This document shows positions 25,964 through 39,964 of a stretch of DNA of 64,000 nucleotides, in pieces (position 1 is the first letter of the stretch; every line of letters begins with the position of its first letter). The notes beneath the pieces are model-generated. The model saw nothing but the letters and a program-made list of their open reading frames with translations, did no database searches and had not been told where the DNA came from. The DNA lies in the NCBI GenBank assembly GCA_010093705.1, contig MU006094.1, positions 409,550 through 473,549 on the forward strand. The letters are read 5' to 3'. The DNA is from Patellaria atrata CBS 101060. Its lineage: Eukaryota. Made by a program: the position numbers and the translations under genes.

Positions 25964-28900
25964 ATCTAATTACAGCCACGGATCTTGTATGGAATCCCTC
26001 ATTTTCGAGTGCCTCTACGCTTGATGGCACACAAGTCAGTTTAACGTTTGTTTCGAACTTATGGGTAATCCGTACCGAGAAGAAAGAGGAAGCTTCAAGG
26101 ATTCAAACCACGGAGGAGTGGCAAGCTGTACACCTGTCAGACATTTTCCGATCCGACTTGAGACTATTTGTATAGTACACAATATTCACTGCTACGGACG
26201 GCGTAACAAAAATAGTCAGTTGATCGTGTTTCACTTTTCCATCCATATACTTTAGTTTGTGTTGCTCCAGCAACCTGACGTAACTTTTCCACGCCGCTTT
26301 GACCATCTCTTATTGAGCTCTTCCTACTCTCGTCTTCTTCTACCAACTTCATCACAACTATTGACATTCTTTACGGTTGGAACCGTTTAAACCTCGATCA
26401 ATAACGCGCAATCTCAAGTGAATCTGTACGATGTCAGCAACTCAGAGATCTGGGTTCGAGCCCCTTCCTCTCGAGGTTCGGTAAAAAGTCTATGGATACT
26501 TAGGATTTACGATTATACGAACAATGGAACAAGTTGTTGACGCAAAGTCAAAATCGATTATTCCCGTCAGCCGCAAGTATGCTGTACGCGGCTGGAAGAC
26601 TATCCGCAATGGCAATCGAAATCGCTCGAAGCCAGTCTGGTTGCTACCTCGGGGCATAATTTTCGTAAGTGTACGACATTAGAATGCCAAAATCATCTAA
26701 CTTTAGACCAGGCTACAAATCCCCCTAGTTCACATGTCCTCCCGCTTGGGTCCCCATATGGAGATGTATCGACTACAGGCATTGGACTTGTGAGTACTAG
26801 CAAACTCATTCGGTCGGAAGTGTTGGAACTGCTATATTCCAATGTGATTTTTCTATTTCCTCCACAGTGTCAATACTCGAGTCTATTCGTCCTCAGTCTA
26901 AAACAATCGGTGTACGAATTAAAGCTTCTGAGCCCAATTCTTGAACGTCTACACCGCCCATAAACCTAGGACTAGAAGACATCCTACCCGCGATGCCACT
27001 CATTCCGTGACCATCCCATCCACTGACGATTATGGTCTTGGGGTTAGATTCCGATGATTTCGCAAATTGCTTGGATATAACAGTAGAGGTTTAGTCCGAC
27101 TGATGAAGAGAGGCAACGATGGAATCACATTCATGGGGAAGAAATTCCGCCGCTCGTCACTCATATTACTCGGAACAAGAATACAACAAAAAGGTTATCA
27201 TTAAATTTTCTGTTGGTTCAACCCTGCTTTGAGCTGTTCTGGTGTTTAACATTTGGATTAGGGTCCCTTTTCACCTACTCATACGCATCGAACTCTGTCC
27301 ACACGACTATTACATCCATAGTCATTTTTTCCGTTCACAATGTTTTACTTAATGAAGACCAGCTTGTTCATTGGGCAATCATGCCCAAAACTACAATCGA
27401 TTGGACTCGGGGTTCAACCAGGAGAGCCCTGGCGACTAAGGTTCAACTCTAACCAACGACATGACCTTCGGAAAGCCATCATCTCCCTCGTGGAATCATT
27501 TGTGCTCCTAGAGTAGGTGTACGTTTTCAACAATTTCGCAAGGTTGGAGGACCATGTTCGCCAAATAGACTCCACCAAAGGCATCAAGCTAAAAGGCGTA
27601 TACACGACCGAGCGCATAGCTGAGGTTACAGAGTGGATTAACAAATGGGAAGAAGGGGAATGAGTTCAAGCACTGCATGTTCTGGGGGTCTTTGGCCTCT
27701 AAATAATTTGAATGTAGTGGGACGGAATCGGTTTGCTAGCAACTCCAGTAGGAGCATCTTGTCATACTTTTTAGTTTCCTGTACATTAATACCCATAATG
27801 AATACATCGCTGGGGATCTTCTGAGCATGTAGCTTTCTCAAGCAGACTGATGCACAATCGACTGAACGAACGAGAATCTCCCCTTTCCAAGGCTATCTTT
27901 TCCGTGATAGTCCATACTCCCATTTACTTTACACTTCCCACACATACAATCGTCCACATTTTAGCTAACTGGTACAGAGATTCCAGTACGTCTGTATTAC
28001 TAAGTCGTACCACTTTTATGCTCGATTGGACACCATGCTAATAGTTTACAGATTCAGAGGGACTAAATTTCCAATATCATTACCAGCTAACCTCTCTAGT
28101 ACACAGCAGACCTCTACCCTCCTCACCGCTCCTCACCGCTTTACTACGAGCAGAAGTCTCCCTTCACTCGTCAAGTCAAGCGTCAACCCAACCATCCCCT
28201 GACCTCACCTCTCCATCCAAAACCTGTCTCTCATAGTCCCCATCGGTACTCGCCTTACCACCCGACGCCCCCATCCCTGCGCAACGCACTATACCCAACG
28301 CCGCCACAATCTCCCACCGCATCGCTACCTCAACCTCCTCGGTCCCCCTTGCTCCGTCCGGTCCAGCACATCATCCCTCTCTACGAAGTCCCCCTACGAA
28401 ATCGCCGAATCCCCTAGACATTCTCCCGTCGTTTTCCCCAACCGTCATACATCATATCCAATCTCCGAGCTCGAACATCGGTGCCTGTTAGGTATACAGT
28501 ACGAGAGACGGACGAACCCCCTATGCATACACATACTTATACCGTACAGACCAGGCGAGAGCAGGAGTGTGCCTCTTAATCTACAGGCGGTGTGGTGACG
28601 CAGGATGCACTTTCCAGCGCATGGCGCGATGGGTTGGGCTAGCAAGCACGGCGCATGGGATGAGATGACATGTGATAGAAAATGACGTGGTGGGGTGATT
28701 TAAGGTGTGCGAGAAACGGCGGGAACGGCCGATGGGATGGGTAGGGTCGGGTGGGTTAGGGGAAGGGAGATGAGGATGGGCTGGAAATTGACTGGTTTTA
28801 GTTTTGGTGTTGGAAATCAGAGGATAGTTAGTTGGGTGAGTAGAAACCGCGGTTAGGAGATCTCTTTTGCGTCTGAGATGACGAGACCCGGCATGCATTT

Positions 28901-29461
28901 GGGTCTGCAAGGGCGTTGGAAGAAACGGGATATTCTCGGCGTCACATATGAGTGTTCCGAGAGGATTGGGAGAAATCGAACATATTGGTGAGACATGAGA
29001 TATGCCAAGTTTAGTAAATTTGATAAAATGAAGCTGTTGGCGATGATGCGGTATCCTGGAATATGGATGCTGAGCGAACAGATATAGTTGCGAGAATGAA
29101 AGATCCAGGTTTGACAACACCGATGAAAAGGGGCGTAGTAGTGAGTTGAGGCAGCCATGTCCTGGGAACAGGGTGTCTGAGTTTCCATTCCACGAATGAT
29201 CCTAGAACCTCGAAATCAGGAAAGGGGAATCGATCCCGAGTAAATCAAGAGAAAGCGTCCAGGTGCTGTTCTGTCGAAAATCAGGCACGTACGTCATTGA
29301 AAAGATACAGTAGAGGACTCTATACATCTATGAAATTTAATTTTGAGAGGTATCAAGAGAAAATGCCTAGACTAGCAAAATACATGAGTCGCGCTATAAA
29401 TAAACACGCGACAATCGCCTCTCGATTGCCGCCAACTTCACTTTGCCCTCTTTTCCCCCAT

Positions 29462-30130
29462 CTAGCATTGTCGCCATCTGAGGTAGATATTGTGAGTGAA
29501 TTTGGTGTCAATCCTGTCGGTGGTAAGGACGCCTGATGCGCGAGCGTTGTTGGATGTGAGGCGGATTTCAGAGTTGACGTTGAGGATACCCTCGGAGCCG
29601 CATGGCGACCATACTGAGATGGCTTCGTTGTCGTACTTGACATAGTCTCCCTCAACCGGCCCATCGAAGCTTACGAAGGTTTGATCCTAAGAAGAGCATT
29701 AGCAGACGTTTAAGAGTCAATCAGGAATCTATTAACGTACTTGGTTGGGCTTGCCAGAGAAGTAATATGTGGCACCGACAGTAGCAGTTACCCCGGCATC
29801 TAACTTAGCATAGCCGACGTATTTGCTGCTGAGAACGGAGAAGCTGTATCCAGGTGCGTATAGGAGATCCAGGGCGATTTGGCAGTTCTGGCGTTGCCTG
29901 GTGATGTCCTCACCGGGGCCTATCGATGCGACGAAGTTGTCGAAGACGAGAGGAAGGAATTTGCCATCTGGTGAGACCTTCACCTTGAGGGTACCCTGAG
30001 GGCATCCAGTACCGCCATAGGCAGTTCCGTGGACGGTGAATCCCGGAGGAGCAACGTCTCTCTCAACGGGAGCTGCTGGTGCTGCAAGAGCCAATGCAGG
30101 GAGAAGAGCTAGGCAAGATGCGACCTTCAT
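29462..30130 (-). CDS. Secreted DUF4360-family protein; 2 exons
   Basis: Signal peptide MKVASCLALLPALALA, then YGGTGCPQGT, RQNCQIALDL and YYFSG. Exon 2 reads VWSPCGSEGILNVNSEIRL...LRWRQC* (stop at 29462-29464). Confidence 0.88.
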
Positions 30131-31973
30131 GGTGTCGAAGATAATAGTTTAAATGTTAAGGATTTGTAGTTGCGGGATGTTGTAATATCAAAGCTGTTAG
30201 TGTTGCGGGAGATGAACGTGGTAGCGGAGACCTCATTATCTGGGGAATGAAGCAGATTTAAATAAAGCTCAGGAGGACGAATGCTCATGAGAAGATCTTT
30301 ACCAAAAACCCTGTGACCTCCCTTAATTTCAGGTCGCCTACATTGTGTATGGTAACAACTGTGGGCCGAGAACATCCGTAAAGTGGCAATCTTTGCACCT
30401 CGATATGACGATGTCGCCAACTTTGGTCGAGAATCACCTAAGGTTATGATGTTAATATAGAGTAGAGTCGGGGAGCTGGGAATAGTTTAGCACGAGTGGT
30501 AAGCGTCGTCTTGGGTGATCAAGTAAATGGCACGGTCCACCGGACCGAGGCCAAATCACACTTCACGATAAATTCGAAAATCCAAGTGTGTGATGCTTGT
30601 TATGAATTAAGTTAAAGAAAAGTCTCGCCAGATCGCTCTTTTCCAGGACACGACATGGTCATTGCTCAATTCTGGGGTACAGGCGCCCGGCGGCGTCAAT
30701 CGAGGTGGTGAATCCGAGCTTCAAAGTTTACAGTTCATCATTACCTGGCTGTCGATCCCTTCATGATGGCAACATATGGGACTCCCGCAAGTTTTGTAGC
30801 AGTTGATAGACCTTGAGGCTGACGTCGGGATGTGCATCGTACAGCTGAACGGCGGAGATCTTGCGGCGATCGTAGCAACGTATCTGAAGATCAGGGTAAC
30901 GGAGATCCATCTCCCACGCAGGACGCTGAGCTTCTTCTTGATGACAAGCATCAATTGCCAATGTCTCGTTAAAGTAGAGATGTCTTTTTTTACACACAAC
31001 TAGGATTTGATGAACCGGACAGATAGATGAAAACCAAAAATAGACATAAAGGTCTCGAAGAAATTCAGAGGAGAATGACCTGGCGCGTGGAGACAGAAAG
31101 TGGTCTAGACTAAAACGCGATGCAATATAGACGTTGAAGCGGAAGTCTTGGAGGGAGTTGAAAGCTGGGGATTCGCCCCAGGGTGATGACAGTGCTGCAG
31201 CATAGACAGATGCTGGACATGGCGATATTAAAACCTTAATTGTTAGGTTACGGGTCTTGAACGGCTTGACCGGGTTTGGTAAACTACCAAATTTTTAGCC
31301 CGTATTCATTAATATAAACAGCGAGAATATCGCTCTTCAGGCAGCGTATGCCCGACAGCTTATCCGTCTGCTATTTGACCGCATTTCATGGCGTAACAAG
31401 GTCGTTTCCATGTATCATGACCGGAATCCGGCGACGATAGCTTCATGTTCTTTTGACTGGTTGCTTGTATATAAAGTCCATGCCGAGATTTGAGTACGCG
31501 GAAGCCAAGAGGAATCAGTTTAAAAAGGTGGCAAGACTATTGAGAGAATGCATGTGCCGCGAAAGCAAGTGGATTTCAAGGAAGCCATTTACTTGTTTTT
31601 CTTTTGTTGAGAACCGAAGCAAATACGGGATACATCATGGGGTGGAGTGACAACAGTGAACTGACAAGTGGAGGATAGGCGGGAGATGCAATATCGGAGG
31701 GGATGATGGATCTTCGTGATCTTATCAAAAGGATATGGTAGAACCACTCTTGGCGTTTAGTTCTACGGTCGACGACGAATTACGGTAACGCAGGATGCCG
31801 AGGGCAAAGCTTCCCGTCGCTTCACATGCATCATCGCCGCCAGGCACGGAGCTACAATGCGGTACTACAGTGTGCCCGTCCGTCACGGCAATCGTGGACA
31901 ATAAGACAATTATGCCAGAGGTTCATGTACTTCTCAGCGACGAGAATCGAACATCATCGCCCTCGTAGTCGAA

Positions 31974-34259
31974 ATGGCTGCGCAATCCAAGTTCCCAAAA
32001 TCAGCCTTGCCCTCCGATCGGTCTATCAAACGTATCGTGAACGAACTCTCCGCCAAATATCTTGAACATCGCACGAGAATATCACGAGCTGTTTACTTGA
32101 CTTTGTTCATTGCTCTCATAAATCGTATCCGGAATGCCATATCTGAACAAAGGGCAGCGTCTGCTCGGCATGCCGAAGCTCGACGCAATCCCGCCACAGG
32201 ACCCTCCAAAGGCGAAGCTACATCGAGAAAAAAGGTGGAACTGAACAGAGAGTTCTTCAAAAACCTTCTCAGGTTATTGAGGATAGTAATACCGGGCTGG
32301 AAAAGCAAGGAGTTGCGACTCTTGATCAGTCATAGCATATTTCTAGTTTTGCGCACCCTCATAAGTCTATATGTCGCGGAGCTAGATGGTAAGTTGGTGA
32401 GCAACCTCGTAAGAGGAAGAGGAAAGGAGTTTTTGACGGGTCTTGTTTGGTGGATGATGGTGGCCATACCAGCGACGTTTACGAACTCTATGGTTCGTAG
32501 TCTCTACTGTGTGCTACCTGAATGTTTACTTATTACCCTTTTTAGCTATCCTACCACCAGTGCAAACTCTCACTCCAGTACCGTACGCGACTCACGAATT
32601 ATATCCATAACAAGTACCTAAACCATATGACCTTCTATACTCTCTCAGCACTAGACGATCGTATCAAGAACGCAGATCAACTGATCACAGTAGATGTAGC
32701 GAAATTTTCCAATAGCCTTGCAGAACTCTACTCGAATATCGCAAAACCCGTCTTAGACATGATAATATACAACTATTCATTATCAAGAAGTGTGGGTGGG
32801 GAGGGGCTATTTTTCATGAGCCTAATCGTGCAAATATCAGCCAGCCTCATGCGCGCGTTGACCCCACCGTTCGGCAAATACGTTGCAGACGAAGCACGAT
32901 TAGAAGGAGAATTTAGATTTCAGCATTCAAGATTGATAGACTACAGCGAAGAAGTGGCATTATATTCTGGACATGAAGCAGAGAAAGATACATTGGATAA
33001 AGGCTACTTCACGCTGATAAAACACGTGAACCGCATTTTGAGGAGACGATTTTACCATGGCGTGATGGAAGATTTCGTGATCAAATACTTCTGGGGAGCT
33101 TTGGGATTAATGCTTTGTAGTGTACCTGTTTTCTTCAAGATTCCCGGGGTAGCTGGAGATACCATGGGTGATAGGACAGAAAGTACGCGGCTCAGTCATA
33201 TATTCGATTTACCCGGCAGCTAACAACGTGCAGGTTTCGTAACTAACCGTCGCATGCTTCTATCTTCATCCGATGCATTCGGGCGCGTAATGTTCTCGTA
33301 TAAGGAAATCACGGAGCTTGCAGGCTATACGTCCCGAGTTTCAACTTTACTGGATGTTATTGATGATGTCCAAGCTGGCCACTTCGAAAAAAAATTAGTG
33401 TCATCGGCAGACACTGAAGAAAATGCTGCAGTTCTCAGAGGTCGAGGTGCTGTTTCAGAAGGCGAAGATATCGAATTCGTCGATGTCCCCGTCGTCTCGC
33501 CAAACGGAGATGTATTAGTGCGTGCATTGAGCTTCTCTGTCAAACCCGGAGATCATCTACTTATAGTCGGACCGAACGGATGCGGTAAATCTTCCCTATT
33601 TAGAATATTAGGAGGTCTGTGGCCAGTATACGGAGGCACGGTACGGAAACCGCCATTTGAAGATATATTCTATATACCGCAGCGGCCATACCTCTCCCGC
33701 GGTTCACTACGTCAACAGATCATCTATCCAGATGGTGTGCGTGATATGCGCGACAAAGGTATCACAGACAACGATCTTTACCGCATTCTCAGCGTCGTAG
33801 AAATCGAATCCATAGTCGACCGCCAAGGTGGCTGGGACGCTGAACAAGAATGGACCGACGTACTTTCCGGCGGCCTGCAACAAAGAGTGGCAATGGCACG
33901 GCTCTTCTATCATGCTCCGAAGTACGCAATTCTTGACGAGTGCACCAGCAGCGTTACCCTCGAGATTGAGAGAGTGATGTACGAAGAGGCTAAACGGCTA
34001 GGCATAACGCTCATGACTGTAAGCCATAGACGTAGTTTGTGGAAATATCACAAGAACATTCTCCAGTTCGATGGCCAAGGCCATTATATCTTCACAAAAT
34101 TAGACGCGGAGAGAAGACTTCAGTTGGAAGAGTAAGTAGTCCGTTCAAATATGGGGTGTTTCTTACTAACGTCCTCTCAGTGAAAAGGAGGAGCTGGAAT
34201 TACAGCTACGGGCCATTCCTGACATTGAGCGGCGCATTGCTGAGTTAATTGCATCATAG
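31974..34259 (+). CDS. PXA2: Peroxisomal long-chain fatty-acid ABC half-transporter (ABCD family, Pxa2 type); 4 exons
   Basis: ABC_membrane_2 motifs ([24 protein letters not shown]), Walker [28 protein letters not shown] and a degenerate signature LSGGLQQR. The SLWKYH..LQFDG tail favours Pxa2 over Pxa1. Confidence 0.85.
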
Positions 34260-34592
34260 GTGTCAATCTGTACCATCATTAGAACAGCTATAAGCATGGC
34301 AAGGCGTAACGGGTGGCAAACACGGTGCGTGTACAGTACGAATATCATCATTCTTAGACCTTACAGGCACAAAATCATGGAACCAGAGGACACTACCATC
34401 AAAAGCATTCAAAGATGTGCGTACGTGACCACCCAAGGTTAACTTGTTATATGGTTGATTTTCATCTACAATTCGTCAAAAACATAACATAGCGCTACGT
34501 TGAAGAACAGACCAACAAAGTTTCAACACCTAGGGCAACCATCACCTACCTCTCTATTATACGAGCTTGTCTCGGATTATAATCTTCAGTGG

Positions 34593-37500
34593 TTACTCCA
34601 ATCCAGTCATAATCTCATCCTCCTTCATCATTCCTTCACCTGTTTCCACATTCTCCTTCGTCGTTCCTACTTCACCCTTCTCCTTGCCCAAGCGTACGCC
34701 CTCTCCTTCTGTGTCCTGCGTCGTGATTCCTCTCCTCTCTAAGATTAATCCTGCTCTCCATGCTGCCTCTGTTTCAACCTGCATCCTCGAAGTACCCTGC
34801 ACCCAATCCCCCACTACCTCATCCCCAACCTTAACCCGACACTCCCACGCCTCTCCCTCTCTCCTATTCTCATACACGACTCTCTTCTCCACCGCCAACA
34901 ACCCCATCCACTCCTTCGGGTGCAGACAATTCACATCATCCTTCAGGATCCTCTCCAACAAGTCCAGCACTCCAAACCTCGCTGCTAAGGCCTCACACGC
35001 TGCAACATCCCCACAAGAATCGAGGAACACGGCACCGATCACGCTCTCAACGAGATCAGACATGAACTTCGGTACCTCCAGCCGCGCAAGAAGGTTCCAC
35101 GGAAATCTCTTCCCGGTGCTCAGTTCGCCGCAGATTACGTCCCGAAGTTCCGACCACCGCGCCAGCGACACCTGCTGCGCTACCGTGATTTCGCGGGCAC
35201 TGTGTCGCATGAAATGCCACATGCACCTACGCACCTGCTCCTCGCGCGTCTCGACGTTCACCCGTCCATGACGTGACGAGGCGCGCGTAACAGAGACCTC
35301 CGTTCGCGATTCCGGAAACGTGAGTTCGAGGTTCAAGAATCCGAGGGTGTCCGCGTTGACGAGCGCGGCGTTAATCCTGTGCATTGTCTGATGCGGCAGC
35401 TCCGGCCGATGCGCATACAGCCTCCTCGAAGTGATGTGGTCGAGAACCGCGTCTCCGAGGAACTCGAGCCGCTGGTAGGAGAGTGCATCATCTGGGCTGT
35501 TGAAGGATGGCGAGGTGATGGCTTCTTTCAGCAGAGTCGGTTTGCGGAAGGTGTAGCCCAGGATCTGCTCGAGTTGCGGGTAGTGCGCCTCGCAATGCTC
35601 CGGCACGGATGCGTGGAGCGCGGCTACGCCGTCGGAGATGGAGACCCAGTTCTCGGCGGGGAGAAGGGTGCGGATGCAGGTTAGGGCTTTGTCGATTCCG
35701 CCATCGATATATGCGGCTCCTATGAGTGCTTCGACGATGTCAGCCAGCCATTTAGTCGAGCGTTGGACTTTTCCACCCTCGGTGTCAGAGTCCTGTGAGG
35801 ATAGAATGTCTTGCACATATCTCGGCCGCCATTTTGCCCCCGTGAAAGCTTTGGTGATCATGAATTTGTCTAGCCCGGCGTTGATGCATGCACGGAAGAG
35901 GTAGCCGTTTGAGTTTGTCCGGCCTTTTTCGGCGGTGAGGTAGCTCTCGGGCCAGGTGGGATGCTGGGTCATCAAGGAAATTGAGGTCATGTACTTTAGG
36001 ATGCGGTCGCCGAGATATTCGAGACGTTGGTAGTCAGGCCCGCCCGCCGATGAGGCAGTGATGGCCCTCAGAACGAGAGCCGGGTCGTTAAATTGGACGG
36101 GGGCTAGAATTGTTGTGCGCAGCTCTTCTGCAATCATTGCGAGCTCGCATTTGTGCAATATTGAGGGTGTGAATAACGCGAATAGGGAGTCGGAAGCCGG
36201 CAGGTTCTGGAAACGGTATTCGGAAGCGGGTGCTTCTTGGTATGCAGTATAAGCTTCATTCTGGGTATTGGAGGCCGGAACGCGATGAAGAAAGTCTCGT
36301 CTCTTGGGGAACCTCTTGCTCCTTATCCAGAGTTGAGATTCTGCAGATATATTATCTGGTTCCACAGATACGAGCTTGTCGAAGAATTCCGAGAGGATGA
36401 ACTGGACTCTAGCGAAACCTTGTCTATTTAGCAAACCGTACTCTCTATTACTAGGATATTTTTGAGCTGCATAAACGTCGAGAGCCGATGTAGACCCTTT
36501 CGTAGAATTAAGCCATGCCTGGTAGTCCGCATAGGTCTGGACATGGCATGGAGTTAACAATACGACGTGGTCCAGTCTTCTATCATCAGTCATCCGAGAT
36601 CCGAAAACGGAGTAGAGAAGCGTATGCGTGATATCTTGCAGTGTCTCGATCTCCTCAGGCTTTAGCGAGATAGGGTCCAGAGCCTCAACTTCTACATTAT
36701 AAACTGTATTTTCGTTCCAGAAGAGATCGAATCCAATTAACGGTGGAAACTTGCATGGCATGAGTAAGCACATGGTGTGAGTTTCCGCAAGATCTGTCGA
36801 GACTGTCACTACCATCCTATGCCACTCCGTAGTATCCTGTTTATGTGTTTCTGCCACCCTCACCCAAGGGTCGTATCCAGGCGTGAGCTCTATTGTTGAT
36901 TCTCTGTTATCCACAAGATTCTGTTCAGGTACATCCTTATCACTCCGCAGTGGCAAGAGGTTTTCATTAACGAGGCCAGCGTTGTAGAGCTGAATGTAAG
37001 CTTGAAATGCTGCGTCCTTTCTGGCTCTCCGCTCAGATTGCCACGATTTGGCGCTGGTAGCTTTTCTTACGGAGGCGTGCAGGGCGATGGGCAGCGTGAC
37101 CTCTGCTGAATACATAGCGTTACCCTCTTCTTTGAACTGAAACTGTGGTCGAGGATCTACGTATGGTCCACACTTAAGAGTATCGCAGAAGTGATGCAGA
37201 TGGGACATTGCATTTTCCATGGTTAAGAGAGCCCTGTTGTATGTAAGTAATGATCAGAGATTCGAATTGAAGAAGAGATCCTTACCCTGTTGATTTTACC
37301 CTGAAGAAGAGATCTTCATCTTCACGTTGCTCTTCCAACTCAGCCATCCGCTCTACCTGGCGCATATCGTTCATGTACGCGTTCTTCATTTCCTCTTCTA
37401 AGTCTTCCCATTTCTTGGATCCCCAGCTTTCATCCTGGGTCTCTGAAAGCAGTATCACAAACTTGCTATCCTTCTTTCGGGCCCTACCGCGGCGTTGTAT

Positions 37501-39394
37501 GAATGATTTCAGGTTCTTCGGTTGATCGAAACATACAACCACGTTGCAGCTTGATATATCGATTCCCTCTTCAAGGACAGACGTTGCTACAATGAGATTG
37601 ATTGCGCCGGATCTAAAGTCGTCTAGTATGTTGGCTTGCTCTTGAACGTCCCATATATCTGAGACGAACACTTTCTTTCTCGAAGATTGCGAGGTCCCGA
37701 TAAACTGTTTCACCCTGAGTAGACCTCGTAACTGCGGAATGGAGCTGAGCAGCTGGGCAAGAATAGTTACAGTGGCTCGTTCCTCTGCAAATATTAAGCC
37801 CGTAAAGGAATCATCGACGTTATCCACTAGGAAATCGACCATTGCGTTTACTTTTGTGGAAAACATACTCCTTCTCATTTCTAAGTACGTTATATTCTCG
37901 GTAGATGAAGCTTTTACTTGTTGTAGAATGTCATTTAGAAATTTCTTCTCAGTATCGCTGTATTCAGCTAACTGAAAGCCTTGCTCTGCAAGCAGATTTT
38001 CCCCTCTCGCAATAGCTTTGTCGATAAACCACTCTACCGCGACTTTTCCCAATTCCTTGTAGATCACGTTGGCCCTCATACATAAAGTTCGCATTTGTTC
38101 TTGAACATACGTCTTTCGATTCTGGAGGACCTTTTGAAGCTTTGTCATTGTACTATTATCGTTGTTCTGCCTCAATTGTTTAACTAGATGTTCAACGTAA
38201 GGATCCTTTTTAATGTCCAGTTGAGAATACGCTATGGACAACGAATCCAACCTTAGAGATTTTATTTGCTCAGACTCTGTATAAACGATCTTTTGCAGTT
38301 TGGGCCTATGAACGTATTTCAGGAGCTCAAGGCGATGGGTCTTTGGTGTTTTTGCTAGAGCATTCAGGTTCTGCTCGATAGTGCTATTCCTGTCAGTTCA
38401 GGTCAAATTATGATTTCCACAGCTTACCTTAAGCTTTGAGTATTTCCACGCATCACAGGACTTGCACTAAGGCCAAGAATCTTCGGCGCGGAGCGGTAAT
38501 TTCCTGAGTCCACATGGTGCGCGTAGAAATTGGCCATAATATTCTTAGCTGCAGAATTGCCGATACAGTTATGTGCTTTAAAGGGCATTAGAGAGATAGT
38601 CCAGGAAGATTTTGATATTTGCAGAAAATTGAGAAAGTAATAATTCAGATACGCAATACCCCCGCTTGTCGTAGCATTTCTAACTTGTTATACAGTTGTT
38701 CATGAAAACAAATTACGATTCCGCTGTACACAATGATGGAGATGCGCAAACGTTACGTAGTATTGTATAAAATTCATACCTTCATCAAAGATAAGTAAGG
38801 CAATTCTCGTCAATCGGACAAAGCCATGGCTTAGAGCATCGTGCAATATTGCTGGTGTTGATACAACAATGCGAATGTTCTGTAATACTCCATCCCATAT
38901 TGACTGATTGCTCCAAGAATCCACATCCAGGTCGCCTGTCAATAGGCGAGCTTGATATGCTGGTAACATACTGCAAATGACTCCGTACTGTTGGTGGCAA
39001 AGGGTCACCGTTGGGGCAAGGAACCAAACCATCTAGAAGACATTAATCGTTGTGACCTGCAAATGGTCCTAGGACAATCTTACTTTGTTTGTACCGCAAG
39101 ATTCCAGTTCTGTAGAAGTTCTAGCTATAGCACTTGAAGAAGTTAAACATCATTTCGCAGACAGTGTATTCTATGGAATAGTATCGTTCGTACATTTGTG
39201 TTTTACCACTGCCAGTGTCCATCTACATGAGAAGAAGTCAAACTTAGCGTCAGAATTATCGTTGGTTTACAGATGCATCGACTTACAGCAACAATGATAT
39301 TACGTTTAAGACTTTCTTCAACCATTTCCGACTGGTAAGATCGAAGCTGAAATAGCTCCTCCTTATTTTGACTAGACTCTAGAACAGCACTCAT
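34593..39394 (-). CDS. DCL2: Dicer-like protein 2 (DExH helicase, Dicer dimerisation domain, two RNase III domains, dsRBD); about 7 exons
   Basis: LRSYQSEM, MDTGSGKT, LIFDE|AHNC, ILGLSASP, VATSVLEEGID, FIQRRGRAR, YQRLEYLGD and YQRLEFLGDAVLD. The N-terminal exon pattern and lack of an evident PAZ domain fit fungal DCL2. Confidence 0.93.
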
Positions 39395-39964
39395 TTTGAT
39401 GTCTCTGAAATATAGAGTCAGGCGAACAATTGTTTTCCCTCTGATTTTAGAATTTAGCTTGGAAAGCCTCAGTAGTTGCAAAGGCAGGCGTTTCATTTAA
39501 ACCACAAAGAGGCTTTAAGGTAGGCATCCATGATACATATTGCAAATCATAACGGCTGAAGTTAAGGTATTGGATTTCGAGACAAAAGTAAAGCTTGAAA
39601 TTAATTTCCCTTAGAGTACACAAGTAGAAAGTATAAGGTAAGTTAGGAGTAGGTAAGGCTAGCTGCAGCTGTCGCTTAATTCTCATTCGGGTATAGATCG
39701 GTTGGATAGCTACAGCGCGTCAGCTAATCAACTTGCTTCATGATTGTTACAGGACTACCTCGTGCAGTATCACATCAAAGATATGCAGTCAAAGTGAAAC
39801 TTTTGATAGACGCCAATATATAAGAGACCTGTATTTTGGGTCTAATGTCGATTACAATGCTAGATCCACTCTGCTCTCGCTCTATGCCGGTCTAAGATCA
39901 TGTTAAACCTTTCGCCCAGAATGAATCCGAATACATAGATTTTTGAATAACTATCGTAGCATAT

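Noticed and set aside
30480..30560. A-box-like TAGCACGAGTGGTAAGCG suggesting a tRNA
   Set aside because: No B-box or cloverleaf follows.
30721..31003. 78-aa minus-strand ORF with protein-like composition
   Set aside because: No ATG start, no family motif and no supporting exon found.
34567..35271. 234-aa plus-strand ORF, and similar antisense ORFs at 56689-57566, 63014-63781 and 42057-42677
   Set aside because: Antisense shadows of well-supported genes (DCL2, RPB3, NuiA-like, RINGv), caused by strong codon bias.
38576..38779. 204-nt DCL2 intron as a possible snoRNA host or stwintron
   Set aside because: No convincing C/D or H/ACA boxes and no nested splice sites seen.
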